From contig CAXXIA010000002.1 in the NCBI GenBank assembly GCA_963666985.2, positions 2,464,001-2,528,000 of the forward strand: DNA of 64,000 bases, given 5' to 3'. The stretch is from Spirochaetia bacterium. Lineage in GTDB: Bacteria; Spirochaetota; Spirochaetia; DSM-2461. Under the pieces are notes generated by a model. That model ran no database searches and was not told the DNA's origin. It saw nothing but the letters and a program-made list of their open reading frames with translations. The translations under genes were made by a program, and so were the position numbers. Below, piece after piece: positions 1-11,018 of the stretch; the first letter of the stretch is position 1; the number at the start of each line of letters is the position of its first letter.

Positions 1-1706
1 GCCTTTTGGCAAGGCGAATGGACGTTTTGGAGGCATATCAGACCAATGACATTAATTCTCTTGAATCAACCTCTCTTAAGTCAATCAGTCAACGTGCATT
101 CGATTCTTTGGATAATCCCTATGAGGTTTTCTTTACCGATAGTCGCGGAAACATTCTGACCGGATATCCGAATACGCGGGATGTCGGATCCAATGTTTCC
201 GATTTCATCTTTTGGAAACCCATATCGTCACAGAATGTCCAGGAGTTTATAGAGCCTTATCCTCGGCCTTCCGATAAGAGTCGTTTCATTAATTTTTTCG
301 CATCACCGATTATTATTCATGAGCAGTTCGTAGGGGCTATGGTTGTTTCTTTGGATATGCAAAGCTTTGCCGAACAGTATGTTCTTCCTATGAAATACGG
401 AGAGTCCGGATATGTTTTTATTTGTGATGATAAGGGCACTGTTTTAGCACATCCGGATGAGGCGACGGTTGGGAAGGATTTAAGTGATTATTTCTTTATC
501 AGTGAAATGATTAATTCTCCTGATGATTCCGGTATGCAGTATTATGAGTGGGAAGGCGTTATGAAATACCTGTTTTATCAGGATTCCACGATGCAGCCTT
601 GGATTATAGCTTCCAGCATCAGTGAAGATGATCTGCTGAGCCTTTCCATCCAAATGCGGAATCAGATTATTATTATCAGCATGACTTCTTTGCTGGTTCT
701 GGTATTTATTCTGATTCTTTCCATTATGCTTTTGGTGGGCCGGCCGATATCGAGAATAACCAACGACCTTTCTTCAGGGTCAAGCAATCTGGAATCCGCA
801 TCTTATCAGATATCCTCATCAAGTCAGGAGCTTTCCAGCGGATCTTCCGAGCTGGCTTCGAGCATTGAAGAAATCACCTCGTCCCTTGAAGAGCTTCAGT
901 CCGTGGTGGAAATGAACACCAAAAATATCAATCAAAGCGAATTGATGATGAAGGAAACCACGGAAGGAACGGAAAAAGTGACTCAGCGTATGGGGGAATT
1001 GAAATCCGCCGTAAATGAGATAGGGGAGAACAGCAAGAAGATCGTAAAGATCATCAAAGTGATTGAAGACATTGCCTTCCAGACGAATATTCTGGCGCTG
1101 AATGCGGCGGTGGAAGCGGCACGGGCCGGCGATGCCGGTCGGGGCTTCGCCGTTGTGGCCGATCAGGTAAAGGAGTTGGCTCATAAGAGTTCCGAGGCGG
1201 CAAAAGAAACAGCGGTATTGATCGAGAAGGCTTTGGAAAGCGCCGATAAGGGGGAGAGTCTCGGCGGCGAGGTGATGGATGTTCAGTCGAATACCGGGGA
1301 AATGGCCTCGAAGGTCGGGGTTCTTCTCGATGAGGTGAATCGGGCTTCCAAGGAGCAGATGAAAGGAATCAATCAGATTACCCAGGCCATTACCCAGACC
1401 AATTCGATTGTGCAGCAGACGGCCGCCAGTGCCGAGGAAACGGCGGCTGCCAGCGAAGAGCTGTTGAGCCAGGCCGAAACTCTTAACGATGTTGTGAATA
1501 GGCTGAATGTTATCGTAAAAGGTCGTGAAGAGCAAGCCGAATCAGCGGTACGGCGATCGGCGGCGGAAGATTCCAAAGGCAAATCATCGGAAACGAAGGA
1601 AGAAAAAAAGGGTAAGAATCCGAAGCAAGATTATCATGAATCGGGAATCAGTTTGGCTTCTGCGGAAGAGCAGATTCCGCTTGAAGAAGAATTCAGCGAA
1701 TTCTAG
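1..1706 (+). CDS. Methyl-accepting chemotaxis protein (dCache sensor), 5'-truncated by window edge
   Basis: Cache-like region, TM helix, MCP hairpin '[33 protein letters not shown]', C-terminal pentapeptide EFSEF; frame is open to the window start. Confidence 0.93.
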   Translation, partial: LLARRMDVLEAYQTNDINSLESTSLKSISQRAFDSLDNPYEVFFTDSRGNILTGYPNTRDVGSNVSDFIFWKPISSQNVQEFIEPYPRPSDKSRFINFFASPIIIHEQFVGAMVVSLDMQSFAEQYVLPMKYGESGYVFICDDKGTVLAHPDEATVGKDLSDYFFISEMINSPDDSGMQYYEWEGVMKYLFYQDSTMQPWIIASSISEDDLLSLSIQMRNQIIIISMTSLLVLVFILILSIMLLVGRPISRITNDLSSGSSNLESASYQISSSSQELSSGSSELASSIEEITSSLEELQSVVEMNTKNINQSELMMKETTEGTEKVTQRMGELKSAVNEIGENSKKIVKIIKVIEDIAFQTNILALNAAVEAARAGDAGRGFAVVADQVKELAHKSSEAAKETAVLIEKALESADKGESLGGEVMDVQSNTGEMASKVGVLLDEVNRASKEQMKGINQITQAITQTNSIVQQTAASAEETAAASEELLSQAETLNDVVNRLNVIVKGREEQAESAVRRSAAEDSKGKSSETKEEKKGKNPKQDYHESGISLASAEEQIPLEEEFSEF

Positions 1707-1717
1707 GAATAATCATT

Positions 1718-2179
1718 ATGTCGGAAATTGATAAATATTTGATTTTTTCCATCCTTTCGGAATATTACGGAATCCCGATTATTAAGGTTCAGGAAATCAT
1801 CCGGCATGAGAAAATCACACCGGTAAGAAAAACCTTGGACTATATTAAGGGTGTGATTAATCTTCGGGGAAAAATCATCCCCGTGCTGGATTTGCGCAGT
1901 AAGTTCGGACTCCCGGAAGTGGAATACGACGACAAGACGGTTTTCATTATTGTGGATGTGAGCGGAAAGATGGGGCTCTACAATTTGGGGCTGGCCGTCG
2001 ATGCGGTTCACGAAGTGGTGGATATCGCGAAGGACAATCTTGAGGATACTCCTCGGCTGGGCTTAAAGATGAAGTCTCATTATTTGTTGGGCATCGCTCG
2101 AATGAAAGATGAAATGACGATGATTTTGAATCTGGATACGATTATTTCCGCCGATGAGATAATCAGTCTGACTGAGTAG
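1718..2179 (+). CDS. cheW: Chemotaxis coupling protein CheW
   Basis: 'YGIPIIKVQEII...GVINLRGKIIPVLDLR...LAVDAV' CheW motifs. Confidence 0.95.
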   Translation: MSEIDKYLIFSILSEYYGIPIIKVQEIIRHEKITPVRKTLDYIKGVINLRGKIIPVLDLRSKFGLPEVEYDDKTVFIIVDVSGKMGLYNLGLAVDAVHEVVDIAKDNLEDTPRLGLKMKSHYLLGIARMKDEMTMILNLDTIISADEIISLTE

Positions 2180-2184
2180 GGTCT

Positions 2185-3261
2185 ATGAGAAGTGTTCGAG
2201 TATTGATTGTTGATGATTCTGCCATTGTACGGAGTGTTCTTGAAGAAGAGTTAAGCAAGTATCCCGATATCGAGGTATTGGGAACGGCCCCGGACCCTTT
2301 TGTCGCCCGAAACAAGATATTGAAGCTGAAACCGGATGTTCTCACGCTGGATATCGAAATGCCGAGGATGGACGGTCTGACGTTCTTGAAGAAACTGATG
2401 ACCTATTATCCATTGCCCATAATCATCGTGAGTTCGGTAACGGCGGATGATGCCAAGGCCTCGATTCGTGCGTTGGAACTCGGCGCGTTCGATGTTGTAA
2501 ATAAACCGTCGGGAGCCATATCGATAAAGGATTCGATAGACGAGATTCATGAGAAGCTCTTGAGCGCCTGGCAGGTAAAAGATACCTATCTGAGCAGACG
2601 GAGTGCGGTTCTCAGTAAGCTTCAGCCGAATAAAGTTACGGTGAAGGAGGAGTATCTCCAGCAGCTGAAAACCACCGATACGGTAATTGGGATTGGCTCT
2701 TCCACGGGAGGTACCGTTGCGCTGGAGCATATTTTCACCTCTCTTCCGGCGAACCTTCCCCCGATACTTGTGGTTCAGCATATGCCTCCCGGATATACGG
2801 ATTCGTTTGCCAAAAGACTGAACGAGCTTTCGGCCTTGACCATTAAGGAATCGGAAGACGGAGAGCTGGTACAAAAAGGGACGGTGTATATTGGGAAAGG
2901 CGGATATCATATCAAAGTCCGCCGCCGCGGTGCCGCGCTGTACATTGTTCATACCGAAGAGGAAAAGGTTCAGTATCAGAGGCCGTCCGCCGATGTTTTA
3001 TTTTTCTCCATGGCGGAGGTTATCGGCCGGAATGCCGCCGGTTTCATCCTTACGGGAATGGGGAGGGATGGAGCGGAAGGATTGCTGAAGATGAAGCGCT
3101 CCGGTGCCTGGACCGTGGCTCAGGATGAAGAGAGCAGCATTGTATGGGGAATGCCTCGAGCCGCGGTGGAAATTGATGCCTCGCAGGCGGTTGTATCGCT
3201 GAACGATATCCCTCGTTCCATCGTCGATTTCTCCACCGGAGCTGCCGGATCTCTGAATTAA
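2185..3261 (+). CDS. cheB: Chemotaxis response regulator methylesterase CheB
   Basis: REC domain (VDDS, LDIEMP) plus GSSTGG, VQHMP, LTGMGRDGA, WGMP. Confidence 0.96.
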   Translation: MRSVRVLIVDDSAIVRSVLEEELSKYPDIEVLGTAPDPFVARNKILKLKPDVLTLDIEMPRMDGLTFLKKLMTYYPLPIIIVSSVTADDAKASIRALELGAFDVVNKPSGAISIKDSIDEIHEKLLSAWQVKDTYLSRRSAVLSKLQPNKVTVKEEYLQQLKTTDTVIGIGSSTGGTVALEHIFTSLPANLPPILVVQHMPPGYTDSFAKRLNELSALTIKESEDGELVQKGTVYIGKGGYHIKVRRRGAALYIVHTEEEKVQYQRPSADVLFFSMAEVIGRNAAGFILTGMGRDGAEGLLKMKRSGAWTVAQDEESSIVWGMPRAAVEIDASQAVVSLNDIPRSIVDFSTGAAGSLN

Positions 3262-4073
3262 AGCCTGTATATACTGTTTTGAATATGCTTGAACGGCTGC
3301 CGAAGTCCAACGAGCGATTCCGACATGCTGATTATCAGATAGCCGTCTTTATTTAAATAGTGAGCCAGGTTGGAAAGTATTTGTTCCTTTTTTTCCTGAT
3401 CAAAATAGATAAGTACGTTTCTGAGAAAAATGATATCGAAAGAATCTCGAAAAGGATACGGTTCCATTAAATTAATCTTCTGGAAGGATATCAACTTTTT
3501 TACTTCGTGTTTTACGCCGTAGTATTGGTCTTTTTCAGTTACTTCAAAGTATTTGATCAATGTCGAATCATTAATGTTCTTAATCAGGCTTTCTCGTTTA
3601 TATATTCCATTCGTAGCTTGCAGAAGCATTTTTTGCGATATATCACTTGCATGGATATGAACGTCCCTCTTAAGAAATTCCGGAAAGAACTCATGAAGAA
3701 TAAGGGCAATGCTGTAAGGTTCTTCCCCTGAAGAACACGCGGCGCTCCATATTCTGATTCGTGTTTTATCATCGGCTTTATGAGTGAAAAAGTACTTGAG
3801 AAAACGGAAATGAACCGGATCTCTAAAGAAATAGCTGTAATTTGTTGTTAATGCGTCGACGAATTGTGCAATAAGTTCCTTATCGCGGCCTTCGGCGATG
3901 ATACGTGAAAGGTCGGAAAAGCTATGAATATTGTTTTCCGCTTTAATGAGTTTCTGAAGTCTGTTGGTTATTAGGTATTTTTTTTCCGGTGTCAGTTTAA
4001 TACCGCTTCTTCGATAGAACTGCCGGGAGAAGTCTTCGTATTCTTTGTCGGTGATATTATCAAATGCCGTCAT
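3258..4073 (-). CDS. cheR: Chemotaxis methyltransferase CheR
   Basis: 'TTNYSYFFRD', 'IWSAACSSGEEPYS', 'RNVLIYF'. Confidence 0.95.
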   Translation of the reverse strand: MTAFDNITDKEYEDFSRQFYRRSGIKLTPEKKYLITNRLQKLIKAENNIHSFSDLSRIIAEGRDKELIAQFVDALTTNYSYFFRDPVHFRFLKYFFTHKADDKTRIRIWSAACSSGEEPYSIALILHEFFPEFLKRDVHIHASDISQKMLLQATNGIYKRESLIKNINDSTLIKYFEVTEKDQYYGVKHEVKKLISFQKINLMEPYPFRDSFDIIFLRNVLIYFDQEKKEQILSNLAHYLNKDGYLIISMSESLVGLRQPFKHIQNSIYRL

Positions 4074-4077
4074 ATTC

Positions 4078-5685
4078 TTAGAATAATATAGTTTTCTCGT
4101 CGAGGTTGGTGCTTCCGGTTAATTCCGAATCATCTTCGATTTCTTTTATTCCTAATTCGGAGAGCAGTTCATTGATAATATCCCGTTCTCTGCCTGTCGT
4201 GATAAGAGACTTTACTTTATCGAAAATCTCCATCTGAACGTTACGGATGCTTTCATCGTTCAATTTTTCGGATGAGATTGTTTTCCCTGCGAAATCATCG
4301 CAGGTTGATTTCATTTGCTCCAGAATCTCAATAATATGGACGGCCTCTTGATTTGTAATGTCGTGGTATTGCATGTCTCCGACCGTCTGCTTCATCTTGT
4401 TCAGGATATTCACGGAAATCTCGTTGAGATTTTTAATAACACTGTCCATTTGAATATAACTTTGTTCGATAATACCTTTATACGGAGCCATTCCCTCGGC
4501 AACGATTTCTATTCCTTCACGGACTTGATTCAAATTTTCCAGTAATTGGTTTCTTAACGGCTGGATATTGATAATCGTCTGTTCTACCTCGGTAATTGTA
4601 CTATTGGAGAACTTCGATGATTGTTCCGCGAAAGTCGTAATCTCTTGTCCGAGCACTTGGAAACCGCTGTGACGTCCGGATTCCCGTGCCGCTTCAATAC
4701 GAACATTGATGGAAATGATTTTAATTTTTTCAGCCATTTCCTCGATGCCGTTTATTGTTTCACGAATTTTGGAAAGTCCTTCGATGGACGAATCAAGAAA
4801 AGCATGTGCGTTCTTCTCAAGTTCTTCTATATTATGCGATAGGGTCTCAAACATTTCCGAGACTTCATTATTTTTTTCGGCGATATAAGCAAGTCCATGT
4901 TCGTTTTCTCCTCCGCCTCTGGAGAAAAAGTGCAAGGTTTGTTCACTGTCTCCGACAAGTGTTTTGCTGTATTCCCAAATTTCTTCGAATTTTACGAAGA
5001 TGTTTCTGATAATCTCCGCTTCATAATCTTCCGTTGCCAAAATAATCCGTTTAATGAGCGGAAGGGTTGTCTCGATGGCGAGATTCATCAGTTTCATTGA
5101 TTCGGTCAGTTTATCCTTCTCAGAATAATACTGCTGAACGGTATTTATTGTTTGGAATCCCAGTTCTCCCATTTTCCGTAGGAGTGTCGGAATGAATTGA
5201 GGATTCGGTATCGTGCCGTCACCGAATAATCCTTTAGTGCTTTTTCCTTCTTTCCGGGCTTCATTGATGCTTTTCATAAAGGCGACAAGATCTTTTGATA
5301 TGTCATTTTGGATTTTCGATATTTCCGAGGAATGAGCACTTTTATTTGGTTCCCGAATATCGATAAGGGATAAGTAATTACGCTGAATATCCTCCAAAAT
5401 GTTTACTAATTGATCGAATTCTATTTCACAGGTGAAGAAATCGGCGGGATTCTTTCTTTTTACTCTTCTTGCAATCAAATTGATAAAGGTAAGTAAAAAA
5501 AACAGGCAGAGAGCGCCAACTCCTCCCGTGAGAAGAAAATGTCGTATAGTGAGAGAACCTCCCCTTTGGAAATAAAGAAATCCTAAAAGTGCTTGCGGTA
5601 TGGAAAAAAGTATTACAGCTAAGCAGATTTTAATTATGTAAATTGTTGATTCTCTTCTTTTTACAGATGCGAATTCGCGACTCAT
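4078..5685 (-). CDS. Atypical MCP-like chemoreceptor (2 adjacent TM helices, divergent signalling hairpin, C-terminal DxxxQ motif)
   Basis: 'KIKIISINVRIEAARESGRHSGFQVLGQEI' is a degenerate MCP tip; 'MQYHDITNQ' near the C-terminus. Confidence 0.75.
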   Translation of the reverse strand: MSREFASVKRRESTIYIIKICLAVILFSIPQALLGFLYFQRGGSLTIRHFLLTGGVGALCLFFLLTFINLIARRVKRKNPADFFTCEIEFDQLVNILEDIQRNYLSLIDIREPNKSAHSSEISKIQNDISKDLVAFMKSINEARKEGKSTKGLFGDGTIPNPQFIPTLLRKMGELGFQTINTVQQYYSEKDKLTESMKLMNLAIETTLPLIKRIILATEDYEAEIIRNIFVKFEEIWEYSKTLVGDSEQTLHFFSRGGGENEHGLAYIAEKNNEVSEMFETLSHNIEELEKNAHAFLDSSIEGLSKIRETINGIEEMAEKIKIISINVRIEAARESGRHSGFQVLGQEITTFAEQSSKFSNSTITEVEQTIINIQPLRNQLLENLNQVREGIEIVAEGMAPYKGIIEQSYIQMDSVIKNLNEISVNILNKMKQTVGDMQYHDITNQEAVHIIEILEQMKSTCDDFAGKTISSEKLNDESIRNVQMEIFDKVKSLITTGRERDIINELLSELGIKEIEDDSELTGSTNLDEKTILF

Positions 5686-5842
5686 ACAAGTAACCCATTT
5701 TAACTAGACTGATTTTAAGTATATAAGATTTCTTCCTTATGTAATTGTTTTTTTTTATTATTCAATGTAAACATAAGGAAGTTTTTCAAAACACCGCCGT
5801 AATTACATTTTTATACTTTTGAATTACATAATAAACAAGGCT

Positions 5843-6376
5843 ATGAGAAAATATTTTGATCATCGATTGGGTAAAAATGTCATTACGATCGATATCGGTG
5901 AAAAAGCTGTTTCGGGTGAAAATGTTTATATCGGCACCGTGCTCGGTTCCTGTGTTTCCGTCGTTCTCTATGACCCTGATATCATGATCGGCGGAATGAA
6001 TCATTTTCAGAGAGCATATCCTTTGGATTCGAATCATTCCGGGGATCGGGCGGGTTACTATGGATGTTATGCGATACCTCTTTTACTTAATGATATGAAA
6101 GCTCATGGCTGTGAACGAAAGCGATTGAAAGCAAAGATCTTCGGAGGCTCTTGTAAACATTCGTGCGGTGAGAACCCCGGCATTATGAATGTCGGAGCCG
6201 GTAATGTGTCGTTTGCATTAGATTTTCTTGAAAAATCCGGAATCCCCATTCTGACCAAGGATGTCGGCGGGAGCAGCGGCCGGCGTATCTATTTTGATGT
6301 TAAGAAATTCTCTGTGCTTGTAAAAAAGCTTGATGGGAGAAGTGATTTATTCCTTGATAGGCGAAAGGTTGATTAG
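5843..6376 (+). CDS. cheD: Chemoreceptor glutamine deamidase CheD
   Basis: 'TVLGSCVSV', 'GGMNHF', 'KAKIFGG', 'DVGGSSGRRIYF'; start could be TTG at 5819. Confidence 0.92.
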   Translation: MRKYFDHRLGKNVITIDIGEKAVSGENVYIGTVLGSCVSVVLYDPDIMIGGMNHFQRAYPLDSNHSGDRAGYYGCYAIPLLLNDMKAHGCERKRLKAKIFGGSCKHSCGENPGIMNVGAGNVSFALDFLEKSGIPILTKDVGGSSGRRIYFDVKKFSVLVKKLDGRSDLFLDRRKVD

Positions 6377-6645
6377 TCACAGCTGTGTGAATCGAGTGCC
6401 ACCGCCTTCCCAAGGAGCAGGTTGCGTTTGGTCGGACACGATAGCAGCGGCATGATGAATCCGCATCGAATTGGAAGACTTCCGAATCTTGTTTTCCGGC
6501 GGCGGTGAAAAATCGACATTCTCAAATAGAAAAGAACAAACTCCGCCGGAGAAACTTCGCCGCGATTATGAGGATATAGAAGCTGTTCCTATCTCGGCCG
6601 TATCCAAAAACCGTTGAATTCTTATTGATCGGCGGTTTCGATCGT

Positions 6646-7518
6646 TCAAGATTCCTCGGAAAACTCCAAGGATTCCCAGAACCGTTTTCGTGCTTTCAGC
6701 CGAAGAAGAACACCGAAGGGAAACCAGGGCGGGGTGGCTTTTCTCCACTCGGCGTAGCGGGAATACTTCCCGGCCGTTATGCCTTCGGCCATGTTTGTGC
6801 TTCCGATAAACAGAAGAATCAGTACCAAAGCGGCAATACCCCAGGGGAACCAGGACAAACCGGCGGCCAGAGGGTAGAGAGATACAACGACCCATTGGCT
6901 CATCTCACAGATATAGTTCGGATGCCGGCTGAAGCGCCAGAGTCCGAATGTGTTGAATCCGAGACCGATTCGGGGATCGGAGGAGTTCCCTCTGCGGGCG
7001 TAATATCTTAATTGCTGCTCATCGGCGATTGTTTCCATAACCAGGAAAAACGCATGGGCTGTGAAAAGGAGAATGTCCCAGGGGCCCAATCCTGTATTTG
7101 AGGCTCCCGCGATGAAGAGCGGTAAGGTGAAAAAGTAGATTAGGCAGAGTTGGAACGTTGAGATGAAGAAGAAGTTGAAGATTTCAAAGGCGATTCTGTT
7201 CGGGATTCTTTCTTTCAGTACCGGCCAGCGGTAGTCTTCCTCCGTAAAACGGCCGTTCTTCCTCTTGTAGCCTCCCTTGACGGCAAAGTTTCTCGTCAGC
7301 CGAACGGACCAAGCCAATATAATCAGGCCCGCGATGAGATAACGCGGACTGGAAAAAAGCCACGGCAGACCGATTAGAACGTAGATTCCCGGCAGTATCG
7401 ACCAGAGTCGGTCCACGGTCGAGTAATTCCGCGTGAATAGACCGATGAAAAAAGCCCAAATAATCGCCGCTGCGGTGAGTGCGGCACTGACGAGAATGTA
7501 AGGGGGAAGGCTGTACAT
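6646..7518 (-). CDS. DUF1295 / steroid 5-alpha-reductase-like membrane protein
   Basis: 'VDRLWS', 'EDYRW', 'ETIADEQ', 'GLWRFSRHPNY'; ATG at 7518 follows AGGAG. Confidence 0.88.
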   Translation of the reverse strand: MYSLPPYILVSAALTAAAIIWAFFIGLFTRNYSTVDRLWSILPGIYVLIGLPWLFSSPRYLIAGLIILAWSVRLTRNFAVKGGYKRKNGRFTEEDYRWPVLKERIPNRIAFEIFNFFFISTFQLCLIYFFTLPLFIAGASNTGLGPWDILLFTAHAFFLVMETIADEQQLRYYARRGNSSDPRIGLGFNTFGLWRFSRHPNYICEMSQWVVVSLYPLAAGLSWFPWGIAALVLILLFIGSTNMAEGITAGKYSRYAEWRKATPPWFPFGVLLRLKARKRFWESLEFSEES

Positions 7519-7858
7519 AGGGGGGCTCCTTGTAGAGTAACCTATAAGTTCTTTTAGAATAGGGGAAGCTTTTCCTTCTTGCAAGAATGCCGCCCGGCCG
7601 TGAGTACGGTATATCACTCGGAAGTGACGCTGAAAACTCTTAGTTAGGGATTATTTACAACAGAATCATGATAAACAATGATTCTTTTTCCAGCGCTTAA
7701 TAATGTCCAATAATTTATTGAAATCTTTTTTAAATTTAACTGCTTAAATTTGTGAGATTAAAATCCTCGGTAATCAACGTGTTGAAAATATCTCATGATA
7801 TTTTTTTTTGGTTTCTTTGACTGTTCACAAAGGTTAAAATAGCGCTAAGTTTTACTTA

Positions 7859-10348
7859 ATGCAGAGAATTTTAGGCGATTTCCGAATGGTAAGAAAAAGA
7901 TCTGTAAAACCGCATACACTCCGTCGGAGTTATTTGGCCGCATTGTTGCCGTATTTCCTGGGGCTTCTTGTTCTGACAATGGCCGGAATGATGATTAACT
8001 CCATCCAAGATCTTTCCCAGGACGAGAAGCGACTTCGGCTGTTAATAAATGAATATGTCGGTGTTAATCTCGATATAATTCAGGATGCGAACGGAATATA
8101 TGATTATTTCTTCGGGAATGATATTGAGAATAAGCTGAGGATTTTTCAGAAAACTTTTTCCGAAATCGGAAATGATCCGATGATGATTGATCTCGAAACG
8201 CTGAAACTGGCATGGGGGGAAAACTGGGATCTTTATATTATCGATTCGGAGGGGATTATCGTCGCAACGACGTATCCCCCCGACCAGGGAATGGATTTTC
8301 GCGTGTTTGCCGAACCCTTCGTTCGAAATCTTGCACACATTCGGGAATCGGGGGAACCCGCAATCGATAAGATTACCCTTGAGAGTTCAGGTAACGGCTA
8401 CCGTAAATACGGGTATTTGTCCAGTGAAGATCGCCGTTACGTCCTGGAATTGGGGCTTCGGATTCCCATCGACGAGCCGCTTTTTCTTCCGGTTAATCCT
8501 TCTCATATAGAAACCCTCTTTTCGTTCATGAAGAAGGAAAACATCACCATCGAGATTGTTCAAATGACCGGACCGCCGAATGAATCCAAGGAGAAGTACG
8601 CCGCTATCCGCAGGGATATGAGAGCGAGCGGCGTGAGTTTCCTGGAAGAGAGGAACTGGGCCAAAGGCACGGTAACAACCTATTCCGATTATAAAACACA
8701 ATGTGAAACTTGCTACCCGACGATTGAAGATTACTTTGTCGTTTCAACCTTCTCAATGAACACGCTAAAGTCCGAATTGATGCACATCATCGTTCTGCAA
8801 TTGCTGCAGATTCTGTGCATCTTCTTTGTCGGTCTGATTTCGTTGCGTTTCATTGTACGTTCACTTGCCGGTCCGATCCGAAACATGATCGACGACATCA
8901 GCCGTATAGCGGAAGGAGAATGGGACCATCCGATCGCCGCACAAAAAAATCGGGAATATATAACGCTGAAAGACTCGGTGGAAAACCTTGTCGCATCCCT
9001 GAAAATTGAGAAAGAGGTAACGCAGGGCAGACAGGCCATAATCGAAAAGCTGGCTTATACCCACAGAATCTCAGGATTGCCGAATCTGCAGTCTTATTAC
9101 GACAGGCGTATTCAAGGAAAGGGTGCGCCGACGGCAGTGGTCTTGCTGAATCTAGATGATTTTTCAAGGGTAAACACCGCATTCGGACATGAGGTCGGGA
9201 ACGAAGTTATCCGGGATTTCGGCCGTAAAATCAGCGAAGCTTTGGTTCGGAATGCAGGGAAAGCGGGTTGGGAACTTTTTCATATCAATACCGACGGTCT
9301 GCTTCTGGTTAGCGTGGAAAAAAACCGGGCTGTGGTCGACATCGGCATCAGAGCCCTTTTCAGCGGGTTGAGTACCGGATTGTTTCTGGACGCAGGACGT
9401 GAATTCTTTTTTACGGTTTCCTTGGGTGCCGTGATTTGCGCCGAAGGATCGGAAGAATCGGAGCAGGAAATGCTTCGAAAGGCCGACATCGCGGTAGATA
9501 AGGCCAAGGAACGCGGGAAGAACGTTCTTGTGTACTTCGAAGACGAATTTGCGATAGATCATCGAAATACCTATGCCTTGGTTCACGATATATGGGACGG
9601 TATCCGCAGTGAATCCCTGCATCTCGTGTACCAGCCCATCGTCGATATCGGGAATACGCATTCCGTAGGATTCGAAGCTTTGCTTCGAACCAGCCCCGAT
9701 ATCGCCATTTCACCGCTCGAAACCATTCAGGCGGCGGAAGACTCAGGATTAATTCACCCGCTGGGGAATTGGATTCTCCGTGAAGCAATCAGTCAGGCGC
9801 GAACGTTCATTAATTCCGGAGTTGATTTCCGATATATCAGTATTAATATTTCTCCGCTCCAGTTTAGGGAACAGGAACTTCCTGCGCGTATTGCCGATAT
9901 GTGTCGGGAAATGGGTGTTTCTCCAAACCGGATTCAGCTTGAAATTACCGAAACGGCCATGATGAAGTTCGAAATGCGCATGATTTCCGTCATTCAAGAG
10001 CTCAAAGAACTGGGATTCCGGATTGCCATGGATGATTTCGGTACCGGCTATTCCTCTCTCGCCTATCTGGCAAGGCTTCCGATCGACGTTATTAAGATTG
10101 AAAAATACATGACGAATGAAGCCTTTAAGGACGCCAAAGTCCGAAGCGTTGTAATACTCATTATGGAAATTGCCAAGGAGCTGAGTCTGGAAGTCATCGC
10201 CGAAGGTATAGAAAGCGATGAACAAGCACTTTGGATGGCGCAGCAGGACTGTTTGCATCATCAGGGGTACCTTTACAGCAGACCGCTCGGCGCCGATCAG
10301 ATCGTTCCATGGCTGACCGATTTCGGGAAGGGAAAACGTACCGGCTGA
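7859..10348 (+). CDS. Membrane sensor-HAMP-degenerate GGDEF-EAL c-di-GMP phosphodiesterase
   Basis: 2 TM helices, HAMP, GGDEF site degenerate (NTDGL); EAL intact (FEALLR, EITET, DDFGTGYSS, EGIE, QGY). Confidence 0.9.
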   Translation: MQRILGDFRMVRKRSVKPHTLRRSYLAALLPYFLGLLVLTMAGMMINSIQDLSQDEKRLRLLINEYVGVNLDIIQDANGIYDYFFGNDIENKLRIFQKTFSEIGNDPMMIDLETLKLAWGENWDLYIIDSEGIIVATTYPPDQGMDFRVFAEPFVRNLAHIRESGEPAIDKITLESSGNGYRKYGYLSSEDRRYVLELGLRIPIDEPLFLPVNPSHIETLFSFMKKENITIEIVQMTGPPNESKEKYAAIRRDMRASGVSFLEERNWAKGTVTTYSDYKTQCETCYPTIEDYFVVSTFSMNTLKSELMHIIVLQLLQILCIFFVGLISLRFIVRSLAGPIRNMIDDISRIAEGEWDHPIAAQKNREYITLKDSVENLVASLKIEKEVTQGRQAIIEKLAYTHRISGLPNLQSYYDRRIQGKGAPTAVVLLNLDDFSRVNTAFGHEVGNEVIRDFGRKISEALVRNAGKAGWELFHINTDGLLLVSVEKNRAVVDIGIRALFSGLSTGLFLDAGREFFFTVSLGAVICAEGSEESEQEMLRKADIAVDKAKERGKNVLVYFEDEFAIDHRNTYALVHDIWDGIRSESLHLVYQPIVDIGNTHSVGFEALLRTSPDIAISPLETIQAAEDSGLIHPLGNWILREAISQARTFINSGVDFRYISINISPLQFREQELPARIADMCREMGVSPNRIQLEITETAMMKFEMRMISVIQELKELGFRIAMDDFGTGYSSLAYLARLPIDVIKIEKYMTNEAFKDAKVRSVVILIMEIAKELSLEVIAEGIESDEQALWMAQQDCLHHQGYLYSRPLGADQIVPWLTDFGKGKRTG

Positions 10349-10450
10349 TTGTTATCCGGTGTCTCCTCTTTATCGGAAGGACAGAGCTCTTCGATCGCGG
10401 CCGGCCGGGAGCCGCAGTGTTTTTTCACCGTTCTTCCATATCGCGGAATT

Positions 10451-10957
10451 TCAGGGCCGCGGAAGATTGATAACCTCGACGGAAGGACTCTCCGTACCTG
10501 TTACCTTGAGTCGGACCGAAGAATCCCGGCCGTCTCCGTCGGTACACCGGCATTCAATCGAGATTCGAACAAATCCCGCCTCTTCATCAAGCCTTTTCCG
10601 AATTAACGATTCGGCGGCCTCGAAAAGTTCGAATCGCCGTATTTCCCGGGAATCGTCCTCGGCTCGAATGCCGAATCCGAATCGCTCTCCGTAGCGCATT
10701 TCGAGGATATGGAAATAATGTTTGATAAAGCAAAGCTCTTCTTTGAGCGGGACAAACTCCGAAGAACCCGAAAGATAGGGAAAAAGTCTGCCGAAATGAA
10801 TGAGTGCTTCATCGAGCCGTTCCCGTTCTTCCGCATGGTTTAATCCAACCAGCGACGCCATGACATTCCCGATAAACGGGGGCGATGTTATCGCCGAGAG
10901 CGCTTTCAGGCGGGATTCGCCGAACAACCCGCATTCCATGGTCTCCATGAAAAGCAT
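10451..10957 (-). CDS. Stand-alone degenerate LytS/YesM-type histidine kinase module
   Basis: 'LKALSAITSPPFIGN...VPLKEELCFIKHYFHILEMRYGERF' matches the pattern 'LKALQAQINPHFLFN...VTLEEEL..Y..IQK.RFGDR', but the His is absent. Confidence 0.65.
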   Translation of the reverse strand: MLFMETMECGLFGESRLKALSAITSPPFIGNVMASLVGLNHAEERERLDEALIHFGRLFPYLSGSSEFVPLKEELCFIKHYFHILEMRYGERFGFGIRAEDDSREIRRFELFEAAESLIRKRLDEEAGFVRISIECRCTDGDGRDSSVRLKVTGTESPSVEVINLPRP

Positions 10958-11018
10958 TTTATGCCGTCACTTCCTTTCCGACCTTGTCCGGAAGGACAAA
11001 CTCCGGGACAATAGAGCC

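Noticed and set aside
10800..11018. N-terminal extensions in the ORF track (AraC from 10800; also 6646-7617, 13169-13492, 13566-14801, 18929-19738, 47215)
   Set aside because: They overlap neighbouring genes or promoters; downstream starts with an RBS or coupled stop/start fit better.
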